Shown in pieces: positions 31,601-40,458 of a DNA stretch of 64,000 nt. Within the stretch, counting starts at the first letter, position 1; each line of letters begins with the position of its first letter. The translations under genes were made by a program, and so were the position numbers. Where the stretch lies: positions 64,001 through 128,000 of IMG/VR virus record IMGVR_UViG_3300028887_000066. One strand, given 5' to 3'. Below the pieces are notes generated by a model. That model was not told the origin of the DNA. It worked only from the letters and a program-made list of their open reading frames with translations, and made no database searches. The stretch comes from a virus. Its lineage: Duplodnaviria; Heunggongvirae; Uroviricota; Caudoviricetes.

Positions 31601-34600
31601 TTGGTTTCTTTCCGCTTGCAGGCTTGTCAACCATGAAGAATGAGTTCTTACAAAGGTTATCGGAAGCCGCGATAAGCAATGTGAATGAGAAACAGTTAAG
31701 TATCTCGTTGATGCTTGCATACTCATCAATATGTTCGCGCAAGTTTGTTGCCCTTGCCCTCTTGAAGATGGTATTAAGCTCAGTCTTGCTGTAGTTTGAA
31801 AGATCAACAGAACCGATGACAATATTGTTTCCATTTGGATCCGTAACAGCTACATTGTTCAGATACTCAAGAAGGTTGAGTGATGTAGCGTATGTCTTAC
31901 TTGCTGTATAATCAGCACCCTGCTCCGTTATTTCAACACCTGCGCCAACCCATCCGCCAGTAAGGAAGTTATAACGCCATACATTGTATGAATCATCCCA
32001 ATACTGATAAGTCGTATCAAGGCTGTTTCCTGTCTCATTCTGTATATTTGAACCTTCGTAAGGCAAAAGCCTGTAACTGTTGGCAAATACGAAGTTATGG
32101 TAATCACGGAAGTAGACTATTGACTTAACGTTACCAAGCTCATTATCGAAAGCTTCCTCTCCGTTATAGTCCCATGTCTCAATCTTACCCTCATCATCAG
32201 TAGATGTAGTCACATCATCGCTAATCCAAGGAGCGTGACAAAGTGTAAGTGGGTTAGTCTGGTTAGAACCGCCAATCATCAACATATCCTTTGAACCTGA
32301 CACGTTCTTGTCATAACCGTAAGTGAGTTTGTCACCCTTTGCAGCACCCCAAGTCATCAAACCGTAGAACTTGGTTTCACCGTTGTACTCAACGAAGAAA
32401 AGGAATTCATCCTGCCTCAATGCCAAACGGCTAAGGTCGAAACGCTGTTCGTAGTATTGTGAACCCTCTACGTCTGAACCACCGAGTTTCTGAATCTCGC
32501 TTCTGAAACCACGCTGTTTCCTGATGTCCTCATACATACGGAGAGAACCCTGCTTATGGCTCTGCATTGATGAAGCATAGTTAAGCTTACCTACAAGCTT
32601 GCTTGCCCTTGGTGTGATAGCAACGATATTATCCTCATCGTCACGTGTCACATACTGCCAATAAGCGTGATTGCTGATAGTGTTGCCGTTAATGTCCTTA
32701 TAAACGGTGTTGTCCTCGAATTTCCAAGTACAGTTCCATTTATAGTAAAGCTTTGAAGTAGAACCCTGACCCTTTGCACTCATGTTCTCAATGATACAAG
32801 AGTTGTCGGTATCAACCTCGTAGTTACCATATTCATCCTTTGTATCCCTAAGGTAAGTCACGGTAAGAGTACCCTCACTTGCAGCCTTGTTCATATACTC
32901 AGGATAACGTCCTGTAAACTTGATTGTACGGTACTTGTTCTTTGCCATATCATAGTTGATAGTACCGTCGGCATTGCATATGTTGTTAGCGTCCTTGTAT
33001 GCTTTCTTGTCGGCAAATGAAGGAAGTGAAGACATATAGTCCTGCTGGATCTCCTGTGTTGAAAGGGCCGCATCCTCATAGATTCTGATGCCGTAGATGT
33101 CAACATCTGCGAAGTCGGAACCGATGACTATATTCTCCATATTTGTGTTCATGGTATCATCCTCAGAGTATGTGAACTCACGGTTAATAGTACCATTGAC
33201 ATATGTTCTTATGAAGTTTGCGCGATAGTCCGTACCATTGATATTCAACGTATGCTGATACTTGACGTTCACTGTGAAGTGAGTCCTTGTATCTTCCTGA
33301 TACTCAGTATCCTGATTGAGCGTATCTGTCAAGTTGTTTGTGTATACGTAAGCAATGTTAGGATACATTATGAAGCCATAAGGCTGTGTCCTTGAAAGCT
33401 TTGTAGACATATTCACAACAGGCTCAGTATCATCGGATACGTTCCTGAACGCATAGTCAACCTCAATTGTAACGCCATAGTGAAGTGTATTGTGGTTAGA
33501 AGCCGTGTCAAACACCCTGTAAGGGATAGTCACCTTAGAACCTGCAAGCAAACGGAGACACTTGTTTCCGCTCTCATCAGTAGTCCAACCACCGTTAAGC
33601 CAGTCCATATTAGACCAATTTACACCACTGATAGTGCTACCGTTAAGTCCGTTATAGATTGTCTCCTTGTCAGAGCTTGAGTTAGACCTTGCCTTTGGAT
33701 CAAGGATGAAACCATTAGCCATTACAGTAGGAGCGAAATTCTCTGCTGTATTGACCATAATCTGCTGTTGTCCGATATGTGGGGTGTCGCTTGTAATGGT
33801 CTGACCATTATCAACATACACGCGAACATTTGACGTAACAGCCGTAGTAGCGGCATCGGTAATGTTAAACTCAATCTGAGTGGAAAGCATATGCTTTACC
33901 TTTGGAGTCACAGAAGCCTGTGAAACCTCCTCGTATATTGATGTAAAGTTATTGTTCCAGAACACAAACTTGAGGTTTGTTGAAGAAGCACCGCAGAATG
34001 CATATTCGAAAATGTCATTCATAGCCCAGTTGGAGATTGAGTTGTTCACATTGTTGATGACAAGCTCAATACCATTCTCCTCATCAGATACGAGGAATTG
34101 GAATGTCTTCACCTCACTCTTCACGGTATCGGTACATACCCAATACTGACCATTGTACAAACCCTCTCCAAGCTGTCCGATATTGATGGATGGTCTTACG
34201 TTACCGACAAGGTTTTCATACTTGTGTGTGTATACCTGATCACCAATGTCCAAATGGTCTGTCTGCTCTGTATATCCTGCACTCAATATCTTTACATAAA
34301 GAGTCTTTGAAATAGAACCTGTAGTGTCGAAGTTAAGGATGATGTCGCTACCCACGCTGAAAGGATTCTGATACTCTGTAGCAAAGTTAAGTCCGAAAGT
34401 TGACTGGTCGATAGTGAATGTGATCTGACGTGTCAACTGAGACTCACTACCACGCCATGCAAGACGGACTCTCACAACGGTATCCTTAGTAATGTAATCA
34501 CTTACGTCAATTGAGGTGTAGTTATTATCATCAGCTTCATTGTCAATAGATGACAAAGACATTGAACGCCTACGGGTGAATGAGTTACTTGTTCCTGCCG

Positions 34601-35057
34601 CCGTAGAGATTGTCAGAGTACCTGTCTCCTTCAACTGTGTGAGGCTGTCAGAACCTGCCCTCTTTACCTTAGAATTAGCGCGAACCCTAAGATAAACCTT
34701 ACTTGCTGTCGTGATAATTTCAAGATCGTCATCATCAGGCTTCTCAAGTGAAACTGAATACACATCAAGAGTCGCTGCACCTCCAGCAGGAAGTTTCACG
34801 CTGTCGATAACCAATTCTGAATATGTCTCCTTATCAGAAACCCACTTTTCGTAGTTTGCTAAAGAGTTGAACATATAAAGATATGGTTCCTCGTCGATCA
34901 TCTCAAGACTTGTGTATCCGACCTTACCCTTCAATTCAGCCCTGACGAATTTCTGCACGGCATCTCCACTAAAAGGAAGGTTTCCGTCTTTCGGATCCAT
35001 TCCCCAGTTGTCGTCCAACGAACTAATATCATTATCGCTGTATTTCTTTACTGCCAT
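28515..35057 (-). CDS. DGR target: 2180-aa tail fibre/receptor-binding protein (LamG-like, CotH-kinase-like, LRR-like, Ig-like, C-terminal C-lectin fold)
   Basis: C-terminus WYLPACGEL...YWSSSEY...VRAF contains VR; KGQGSTS, DNLCKN and DDDDT motifs; LKTLKLNGTSI LRR-like. Confidence 0.85.
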   Translation of the reverse strand: MAVKKYSDNDISSLDDNWGMDPKDGNLPFSGDAVQKFVRAELKGKVGYTSLEMIDEEPYLYMFNSLANYEKWVSDKETYSELVIDSVKLPAGGAATLDVYSVSLEKPDDDDLEIITTASKVYLRVRANSKVKRAGSDSLTQLKETGTLTISTAAGTSNSFTRRRSMSLSSIDNEADDNNYTSIDVSDYITKDTVVRVRLAWRGSESQLTRQITFTIDQSTFGLNFATEYQNPFSVGSDIILNFDTTGSISKTLYVKILSAGYTEQTDHLDIGDQVYTHKYENLVGNVRPSINIGQLGEGLYNGQYWVCTDTVKSEVKTFQFLVSDEENGIELVINNVNNSISNWAMNDIFEYAFCGASSTNLKFVFWNNNFTSIYEEVSQASVTPKVKHMLSTQIEFNITDAATTAVTSNVRVYVDNGQTITSDTPHIGQQQIMVNTAENFAPTVMANGFILDPKARSNSSSDKETIYNGLNGSTISGVNWSNMDWLNGGWTTDESGNKCLRLLAGSKVTIPYRVFDTASNHNTLHYGVTIEVDYAFRNVSDDTEPVVNMSTKLSRTQPYGFIMYPNIAYVYTNNLTDTLNQDTEYQEDTRTHFTVNVKYQHTLNINGTDYRANFIRTYVNGTINREFTYSEDDTMNTNMENIVIGSDFADVDIYGIRIYEDAALSTQEIQQDYMSSLPSFADKKAYKDANNICNADGTINYDMAKNKYRTIKFTGRYPEYMNKAASEGTLTVTYLRDTKDEYGNYEVDTDNSCIIENMSAKGQGSTSKLYYKWNCTWKFEDNTVYKDINGNTISNHAYWQYVTRDDEDNIVAITPRASKLVGKLNYASSMQSHKQGSLRMYEDIRKQRGFRSEIQKLGGSDVEGSQYYEQRFDLSRLALRQDEFLFFVEYNGETKFYGLMTWGAAKGDKLTYGYDKNVSGSKDMLMIGGSNQTNPLTLCHAPWISDDVTTSTDDEGKIETWDYNGEEAFDNELGNVKSIVYFRDYHNFVFANSYRLLPYEGSNIQNETGNSLDTTYQYWDDSYNVWRYNFLTGGWVGAGVEITEQGADYTASKTYATSLNLLEYLNNVAVTDPNGNNIVIGSVDLSNYSKTELNTIFKRARATNLREHIDEYASINEILNCFSFTLLIAASDNLCKNSFFMVDKPASGKKPKILPWRDDDDTIFRVNNEGTKDKNYYVEFFDKKADGTTPFFTANNTGYYGTLLYAYLTDLEERDATTSPSLRGSMSQMLDAMSTLGSGYEINGDTVLGCFNRYYFSIQKYLPSVAYNETARLLYEEAALLGNAGIDAYDAAKNSRPITMSMGDSLQGEIQFLKMRTFFMKTFAMYYKSLSKFGFKLADDSNKSLTVRAGAEMYAFAMHGEDQTGTNHPVRMHVGDTHTFQLGGGQTVTTSIVGTEYLSSVGSWVNKHIYDNDSSILLYSNRTKEFDGGDATASNVKFNPKTLTDASFPLIIEDIDLENVVSLQGVANMTNYKRLKTLKLNGTSITNVQLPMTNTLTSVTIPTGIHSITLRQAPNFDDSSLSLETKSELTTINIYTDGDATHDYYGTDFDWVQTWLNNLSHSINKADEVRLFIEGVNWTLPLTKVTELANIKLGIREMDLSGRIALTGDEFDETVIDQIKAAFGDDAFNPANKLVFVIPFTYEDILYSQSSKDGGTSWSKMSNETNNGSDLVEGWSNEYSFYTVNRNITSVTWSVNNNKVTLSNQSNSGVTASCTYPLASAETATITAAFTFTTEVDGQTISGSGTKTRNIALTMRTYPEDIDGYITGDDLLDELNTYHVYRLNFEKPFYTGNYTVTWEIDGSDAIISASGQSQCTLYTTTNNPQAMTNVLKATLTYENGRGSAIVTRNILIGQELYGKFGDVLLDDMTFARPTYTYNASGYNTAVSVTIPTGRVPIGITVVPRTHTKDRTARVMSLKGMHYDNPEVGGSDQGMYWGGYNVNINSLPNLTKVPTISGSTVPTNDYTRLGSEEQYNTTYFKYKNSGVTDSFIQDNLWYYLDTSSGATEPLAERMCPSPFKGSAPFSGETLEQNEAYVMAGTATADFNGKKNTDIITAMATAQSGWTTASAITNSYNSGYYPAACCCRRFHTTGTSAGDWYLPACGELGYIIPKLAVINRIVSAINTAYGSGTAFALYTYNFYWSSSEYSAARARYVYTYYGSVYGDNKYGSLHVRAFLAV

Positions 35058-35085
35058 AATTTTTTATCTTTTTATTATTGTTATT

Positions 35086-35256
35086 TCAATTTTTCCAAGC
35101 ATCAGTATTCTTCCAAGGATAATTATTGATCCAATAACCCGCTCCAAAACAAGAACTGATGGATTCCCAAATAAGCTTTCCGCCCTTGTAGACTGCCATA
35201 ATCACGGCCTGACCGATCCTGATGGCACTAACGTCCTTTGAACCAATTTTTATCAT
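35086..35256 (-). CDS. small tail-associated protein, 56 aa (not in ORF track)
   Basis: Hand translation MIKIGSKDVSAIRIGQAVIMAVYKGGKLIWESISSCFGAGYWINNYPWKNTDAWKN; fills the gap in the fibre operon. Confidence 0.75.
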   Translation of the reverse strand: MIKIGSKDVSAIRIGQAVIMAVYKGGKLIWESISSCFGAGYWINNYPWKNTDAWKN

Positions 35257-35289
35257 AGTCCTACTTGAATGTTATTTCTCTTCTTTTTC

Positions 35290-35754
35290 TTATTCCTCCG
35301 TGAGGAAGTAAAGTGTATCATTATCCTTAACGACCAACGCCTGATATTCTTCCTCCGTCATCACTTCATGCAGCTTGTAGTCTCCTACCTGACCTTCCAA
35401 TGTCCTGATTCTGTCTCCTGCTGCCTTTGCGTCTGCTGAACGTCCTGTAACGGTAAGTGCGCTGTCAACTGCCATGTACTTGAGGGCATCATCGACATTC
35501 GATGCACGGTTAAACATCATTGCCTTGGTTTCCTCACTGAGCAAAACCATACGGGCATTGGTAACGGCACTTACTGCAATGTCACCTTCCGTAATGGCAC
35601 TGAATGTATTGTAAAGCGACTCTTCCGCCTGTTGTGCGCGTACTATCTCGTTAGCCAATTCATCAGATATTGTACTTGTCTGTCCGCTGATGTATGACTT
35701 GAGCCTTACATCATATGCTGTCAAACCACTGAGGTCTAAAAACTTTTTTGACAT
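35290..35754 (-). CDS. tail fibre-associated protein
   Basis: FLDLSGL, VDSALTVTGRSADAKAAGD and TEEEYQAL..KD.DTLYF fibre-type motifs. Confidence 0.7.
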   Translation of the reverse strand: MSKKFLDLSGLTAYDVRLKSYISGQTSTISDELANEIVRAQQAEESLYNTFSAITEGDIAVSAVTNARMVLLSEETKAMMFNRASNVDDALKYMAVDSALTVTGRSADAKAAGDRIRTLEGQVGDYKLHEVMTEEEYQALVVKDNDTLYFLTEE

Positions 35755-36114
35755 TATCTCTATTTGTTATAACGATTTTATTGTTAAATCCGATTTTTCC
35801 AATGGCTTTATTCATTAATAATATAGGTTTCGGAATTGGAAAAATGAACAGTTAATTTAAAAATAAATATGGCGAAATGGAAAATGGAAACACGTTTTGA
35901 ATGTATATTTTCCATTCCACCATCTATTCATTGTCTAATGCCTTCTAACCGCATATTAATCCATATCACATCAGCCAAAAATATTCACGTATTACGATAA
36001 TGATTCTACCACAAAGGAAATGAGCTTTGTTTACTCATTATTGACGTTTCAACAGAGAATGACATTGTTTGAAAGCCAATGTGCCTATGTCAAAAAACTA
36101 TTCAGTCAATGGTC

Positions 36115-36300
36115 TTAATCGTTAATCAGTCTCCTGATGTCCTCCTGATCTATAGGTTCCGTACCTGTCTGTACGGCTGTCTCTATATTCTCAAGTCTTG
36201 TGGTAAGTATTGTATTTGTCTTAGTGTCTATTATGGCATCTGTGATAGTCATTGGATATGTCAATTCGCTATTAAAGAATATTCTCTTAATCTTTGCCAT
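36115..36300 (-). CDS. small tail fibre-associated protein
   Basis: YP.T.TDAI motif; C-terminal PIDQEDIRRLI. Confidence 0.6.
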   Translation of the reverse strand: MAKIKRIFFNSELTYPMTITDAIIDTKTNTILTTRLENIETAVQTGTEPIDQEDIRRLIND

Positions 36301-36317
36301 AATAAATTATCGTATTT

Positions 36318-38630
36318 TTACTCGCCTGATCCGCTATTATCAAGTGGATAATTATTGAACAATGCTGTAATTTCGTCGTCCGTGATTGCTACGAAACTGT
36401 CATCAAGAGCGTCAATCTGTACGTCTGTGTAATTCTTTGCATATTGAACAACTGTACTTGCGCTGTATGTAGTAGATGCATCAGCAGGAAGTTCGCCAAC
36501 AAGTGTGGCAGAAGCAATGTCATTCTCAGCAATTGTTACTTTCTTATATGTAGTACCTCCTGTTGTATCAGCAGAATCAACAACCGTAACAGTAACGTGT
36601 CCAGTATCCTTAGGTTCAACCTTTGTATGAGCGGCAGCGGCTTTAGCATCAAGGTCTTCAATATCCTTTTTCAAAGACCATAAAGTAGGAGTTGCTTGGT
36701 CTGAATCGCCCGTTTGTTTTGTACCACGAACACGCTCCCAAGTACCTTGTATTTTACCATAGACAGTATTTCCTGAATTAGCGGCTGTGTCGTTCTTTGG
36801 GCCAATAACTGTATCAAGAGCCTCGATAGCTTTTGCAATTGAAGTAACGGTACTTGCACTTACATAGTTTCCTGTCAAAGCAGAATAAGTACCATCAGCT
36901 TTCAAACCAACAGCACCTTCAATGTTATTGAATTCTGTTGTAGTTGCACTATCAGAAGCTACATCAACGGTTTCAATAGTGTAGGTTGTTGCACTTGTGG
37001 AATTATCAGTTGTTGCGGAAAGACTAAGATGCGCCTCACCATCTTTCTTTGCGACCACAGTAGTAGCAGCGGCAGCAGCGGCTTCAATCTTATTCTTCAG
37101 TCCATTAAGGGTAAGCGAATCAACACTGTCTGATGAATCACCCGTAATCTTGTTATCAAGATTAGTTATTGCGGTGGCAACTTTTTGATCAACAGAACCC
37201 GAAGTAGCAGAATCAGCATTCAACAATGTAATTGCATCCTCATTGACTTTAATTGCGGCATCTAATTTAACGTCTGCATTGTTCAAAGAAGTCGCATCAC
37301 TAATATAGTTAGCACTAGTATTTGCAGCGTATGTCTGACCATCCTGACCATCAACAGCCTTACGTGCCGCAATTTCAGCATCGAGTGCATTCTTACTTGC
37401 AACATCAGTCAGATTAATGGTGTATATTTTGTGTCCATCTGCACCTGCTGTCTCAGCGATAGACATATTGTTACCTGCATCAGTACCTTCAGTAACAACG
37501 GTAGTAGCAGAAGCTTTTGCGTTAATAACCTGATTCTCAAGCTTTGAAATTGCCTGATTAAGAGTATCAGTAGCCGCAACAGCAGCACCATCAGTACCCT
37601 TTGAATAGTTATTCAAAACGGCTTCAGAAACATTTGCACGAGTTTTAACACCAACAATACCATTTTCTTCTTCAATTGCGGCAACATACTGTCCTGCAAC
37701 TGCTGCGTCACTTGTAAGGTCAAGGGCATTGATTTTACGTTCAATTTCATTCTTGATACCGTTAAGTTTGAAACCAGCAGCACCGACAGTTAAAAATGCA
37801 GCAGGAGTTCCCTGACTATCTGTTTCAGAAGCTGGGTCAACAACACCGTGTGCAATATGATTTGTAACAGTTATACCACTTGCAAACTCAGCCTCAAGAA
37901 CCAATGCCGATATGTCAACATATTCTGTTTGAGATACGCCAGAAGCATCAATATATACATATTCCAGATTTTGATAATGAGTATCTGCTGAATCTGAAAT
38001 ATAAGTAATACTAACTAATGAGGAATCTTTATAAATCTTAATGGAGCTTCCCAATTGAGTAGTACCATCACTTGCAATAAGAGCATACTCTTCTTTAACC
38101 GTGGTACTTGATGGCGTAATTGCGCTAAGTTTAATGTCGGTATAAATACCGTTATCGGCATCAAGATTAATTACTTTCTCGCCATTCTTGATATTAACTT
38201 TAACAGTCGTCTTACCACCAGCAGTACCAATAACTACTGATTTATCGGCAGCAGCAAGTTCCTGTGCAGAAGCTTTAGCAGCCAAAGCTTTCAAAGCCTC
38301 ATCAACTGTTGTAGCAGCGGATAATGGGCCAGTTTCTCCTGCGCCTTTGGTGTATGTAATATCAGTACCGTCAAGAATCGCCGCATCTAAGCTTACAATT
38401 TTACCATTTTCCTGTTCCAAACCTGAAACAACTTGCTGTTTCCCGCCTGATTTTTCTAAGGTTTGATCAAAATCCAGAGCGTTTATTTCAGCCTTAGTAG
38501 CATAAGTGGTAGTAATGGCACTACCATTGGCATCTGCGGTTGCTCTACCTGATATAAGAGTTCCATCTTTAATACCATTAACAAGGGTTGTCAAACCCGA
38601 AAGGTCAAGATATTTTTTTGTATCTGCCAT
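36318..38630 (-). CDS. long Ala/Thr-rich tail fibre protein
   Basis: 770 aa; repeated AI..LD coiled segments; YLDLSGL N-terminus and AITDDEITALF C-terminus. Confidence 0.75.
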   Translation of the reverse strand: MADTKKYLDLSGLTTLVNGIKDGTLISGRATADANGSAITTTYATKAEINALDFDQTLEKSGGKQQVVSGLEQENGKIVSLDAAILDGTDITYTKGAGETGPLSAATTVDEALKALAAKASAQELAAADKSVVIGTAGGKTTVKVNIKNGEKVINLDADNGIYTDIKLSAITPSSTTVKEEYALIASDGTTQLGSSIKIYKDSSLVSITYISDSADTHYQNLEYVYIDASGVSQTEYVDISALVLEAEFASGITVTNHIAHGVVDPASETDSQGTPAAFLTVGAAGFKLNGIKNEIERKINALDLTSDAAVAGQYVAAIEEENGIVGVKTRANVSEAVLNNYSKGTDGAAVAATDTLNQAISKLENQVINAKASATTVVTEGTDAGNNMSIAETAGADGHKIYTINLTDVASKNALDAEIAARKAVDGQDGQTYAANTSANYISDATSLNNADVKLDAAIKVNEDAITLLNADSATSGSVDQKVATAITNLDNKITGDSSDSVDSLTLNGLKNKIEAAAAAATTVVAKKDGEAHLSLSATTDNSTSATTYTIETVDVASDSATTTEFNNIEGAVGLKADGTYSALTGNYVSASTVTSIAKAIEALDTVIGPKNDTAANSGNTVYGKIQGTWERVRGTKQTGDSDQATPTLWSLKKDIEDLDAKAAAAHTKVEPKDTGHVTVTVVDSADTTGGTTYKKVTIAENDIASATLVGELPADASTTYSASTVVQYAKNYTDVQIDALDDSFVAITDDEITALFNNYPLDNSGSGE

Positions 38631-38656
38631 ATTTTATTTCTGTATTTATTAAATGA

Positions 38657-39013
38657 TTATATTCCGTTTAGTGTGCCTGACACATGTTCCCCGTCCTGAT
38701 CCGTAAGCATATCGCCATTGACATCATCCTCGTTCATAGTGTCATCAATTATAACAGTTCCCCCGCTTATGTTGTAGTTAGGGTATTCTTTGTAATCGAT
38801 AGGGTCTTCAGGATCCGTTCCTGGAACCGTATCCCAATAGTCGATACTTGAATTTCCGCTGTAACTTCTTATTATCTTCATATATTCCTGTATATCCAAT
38901 CCATTGTAGTCCTCGAATACACCGAAATTGTAGTATGTGGTGGCCGAATCAACCGCCACGTAAGAAGCACCCTGACAAACATCAGCTAATTCGTTTTGTG
39001 TATATGTCGGCAT
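38657..39013 (-). CDS. hypothetical acidic protein
   Basis: ORF in the fibre operon. Confidence 0.6.
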   Translation of the reverse strand: MPTYTQNELADVCQGASYVAVDSATTYYNFGVFEDYNGLDIQEYMKIIRSYSGNSSIDYWDTVPGTDPEDPIDYKEYPNYNISGGTVIIDDTMNEDDVNGDMLTDQDGEHVSGTLNGI

Positions 39014-39048
39014 ATTTTCGTCCTCCCATTATTTCCATTTACTTGCCG

Positions 39049-39315
39049 TTATGATTTTGCGGGGAAAAGCTTGCCTATCTCATACTCCTCGATGGATGAA
39101 ATGTTACTAAGGTCTGTATTAAGCTCGTTCCTCAGTTCCTCTATGCCCGTCTTGAAGTTGCTGGCATTCTCCGTAGTCTTCTCCTTCACCCCGCTTGTCA
39201 CAGCAAGCAAGACATCCTGAAGGGCCTGACCTGTAATCTCCTTCTTGCCGTTGCTCGTGATTCTCTCACGTATCATTACTTCGGCTTGGTCTATTGTAGT
39301 AGATGTATTTGCCAT
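39049..39315 (-). CDS. small tail-associated protein
   Basis: I..NG.KEITGQALQDVL motif; C-terminal SIEEYEIGKLF. Confidence 0.65.
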   Translation of the reverse strand: MANTSTTIDQAEVMIRERITSNGKKEITGQALQDVLLAVTSGVKEKTTENASNFKTGIEELRNELNTDLSNISSIEEYEIGKLFPAKS

Positions 39316-39411
39316 AAATAATCTGAAACTATTTTGAATTATTATTTTACCTCTATAAGACGAGGCATTTTATATTATAAATATAAATGAAGAATGAAAA
39401 ATGCAACCGCA

Positions 39412-39507
39412 TTATTTATTTTTCATCGTAGCCTGCTCATTTATAATCCTGATAATCGCATTACGCAGGCACTCCTTCAATTCCTTCTTAGTGATTTTCG
39501 CCTTCAT
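39412..39507 (-). CDS. 31-aa micro-ORF resembling a stand-alone head leader (not in ORF track)
   Basis: MKAKITKKELKECLRNAIIRIINEQATMKNK. Confidence 0.55.
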   Translation of the reverse strand: MKAKITKKELKECLRNAIIRIINEQATMKNK

Positions 39508-39537
39508 TTTTCCTTACAAATTTCATTAAACCAATTA

Positions 39538-40440
39538 TCAGGACAGTGTTTCACGAAGCTCTGAAAGTTTCAGCAGGTCTTCGTTCACCGTTTCCTCATT
39601 ATATTCTTTGGCATTCAGCCTTGTCTTCATCTCGTTGAGCCTTGATGCTTTCTCGGTGTCCAAATTCTCTATCCCTTCATCGATTGTGGAAATGCATTTT
39701 TCCTTATATTCCTCAAACAATTCCTTTTTATCCTTTCCCGTAATCTGTAACATTGCGATGTCCTTGACAACCCTGCTTTCCCAAGGTTCCATTCCTTCCC
39801 CGATAATATGGTCAAGTTCATTAACAAGGTCATTCACTGTCTTCGATTCATCTATGGTTTTTCTTTCGCATTTCTCCGTGCTGAGATGCCCTATGATATT
39901 TCCCATTGCACCGACATATTCATTCAGGTTCTTGAATGACTTGTCGTTGTTCATAATATAGTCTATGGACTCATTCAGGCTTCCCTTGTACCCATTAATA
40001 AGACCATTGACATCATCTGAAGTGACGTTTGCCTCTGTTACGCATTCTTTCACTATACCTCTAAGCTTCTCAAGGCTCTCCTCATATTTCACCATATCAT
40101 TCGGTTTACTTAATGAGATTGATTCCTGCAAGAACAATGACGGGTTTTCCAAACCTGTACTCCTTTTCAGTGTACTATAGAGCTTATACACATTCTTTAA
40201 ATCCTTGTTCTCCTTTATTGTCTTTACGAAGTTCTTAATAAGGGGTTTACCTTTTTTCGTCTCATAAAGCTTATCGGACACTTCCTCAAAGATACTGGTA
40301 ACAGCAAGGAATGGCATTTTGTCAATCGAAGACACGGACTCGTTAAGGCGTATGCCGTTGATTTTCTTATCAATGACATCGCTCAATGATTCCTTGAATT
40401 TCAAGAGATTGTCTATTTTTCCTAAATCAAAATCTTTCAT
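39538..40440 (-). CDS. helical head-assembly protein downstream of the portal
   Basis: 300 aa; several LNE/VNE sites. Confidence 0.6.
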   Translation of the reverse strand: MKDFDLGKIDNLLKFKESLSDVIDKKINGIRLNESVSSIDKMPFLAVTSIFEEVSDKLYETKKGKPLIKNFVKTIKENKDLKNVYKLYSTLKRSTGLENPSLFLQESISLSKPNDMVKYEESLEKLRGIVKECVTEANVTSDDVNGLINGYKGSLNESIDYIMNNDKSFKNLNEYVGAMGNIIGHLSTEKCERKTIDESKTVNDLVNELDHIIGEGMEPWESRVVKDIAMLQITGKDKKELFEEYKEKCISTIDEGIENLDTEKASRLNEMKTRLNAKEYNEETVNEDLLKLSELRETLS

Positions 40441-40458
40441 TTCAATATGCCGTTCTAT

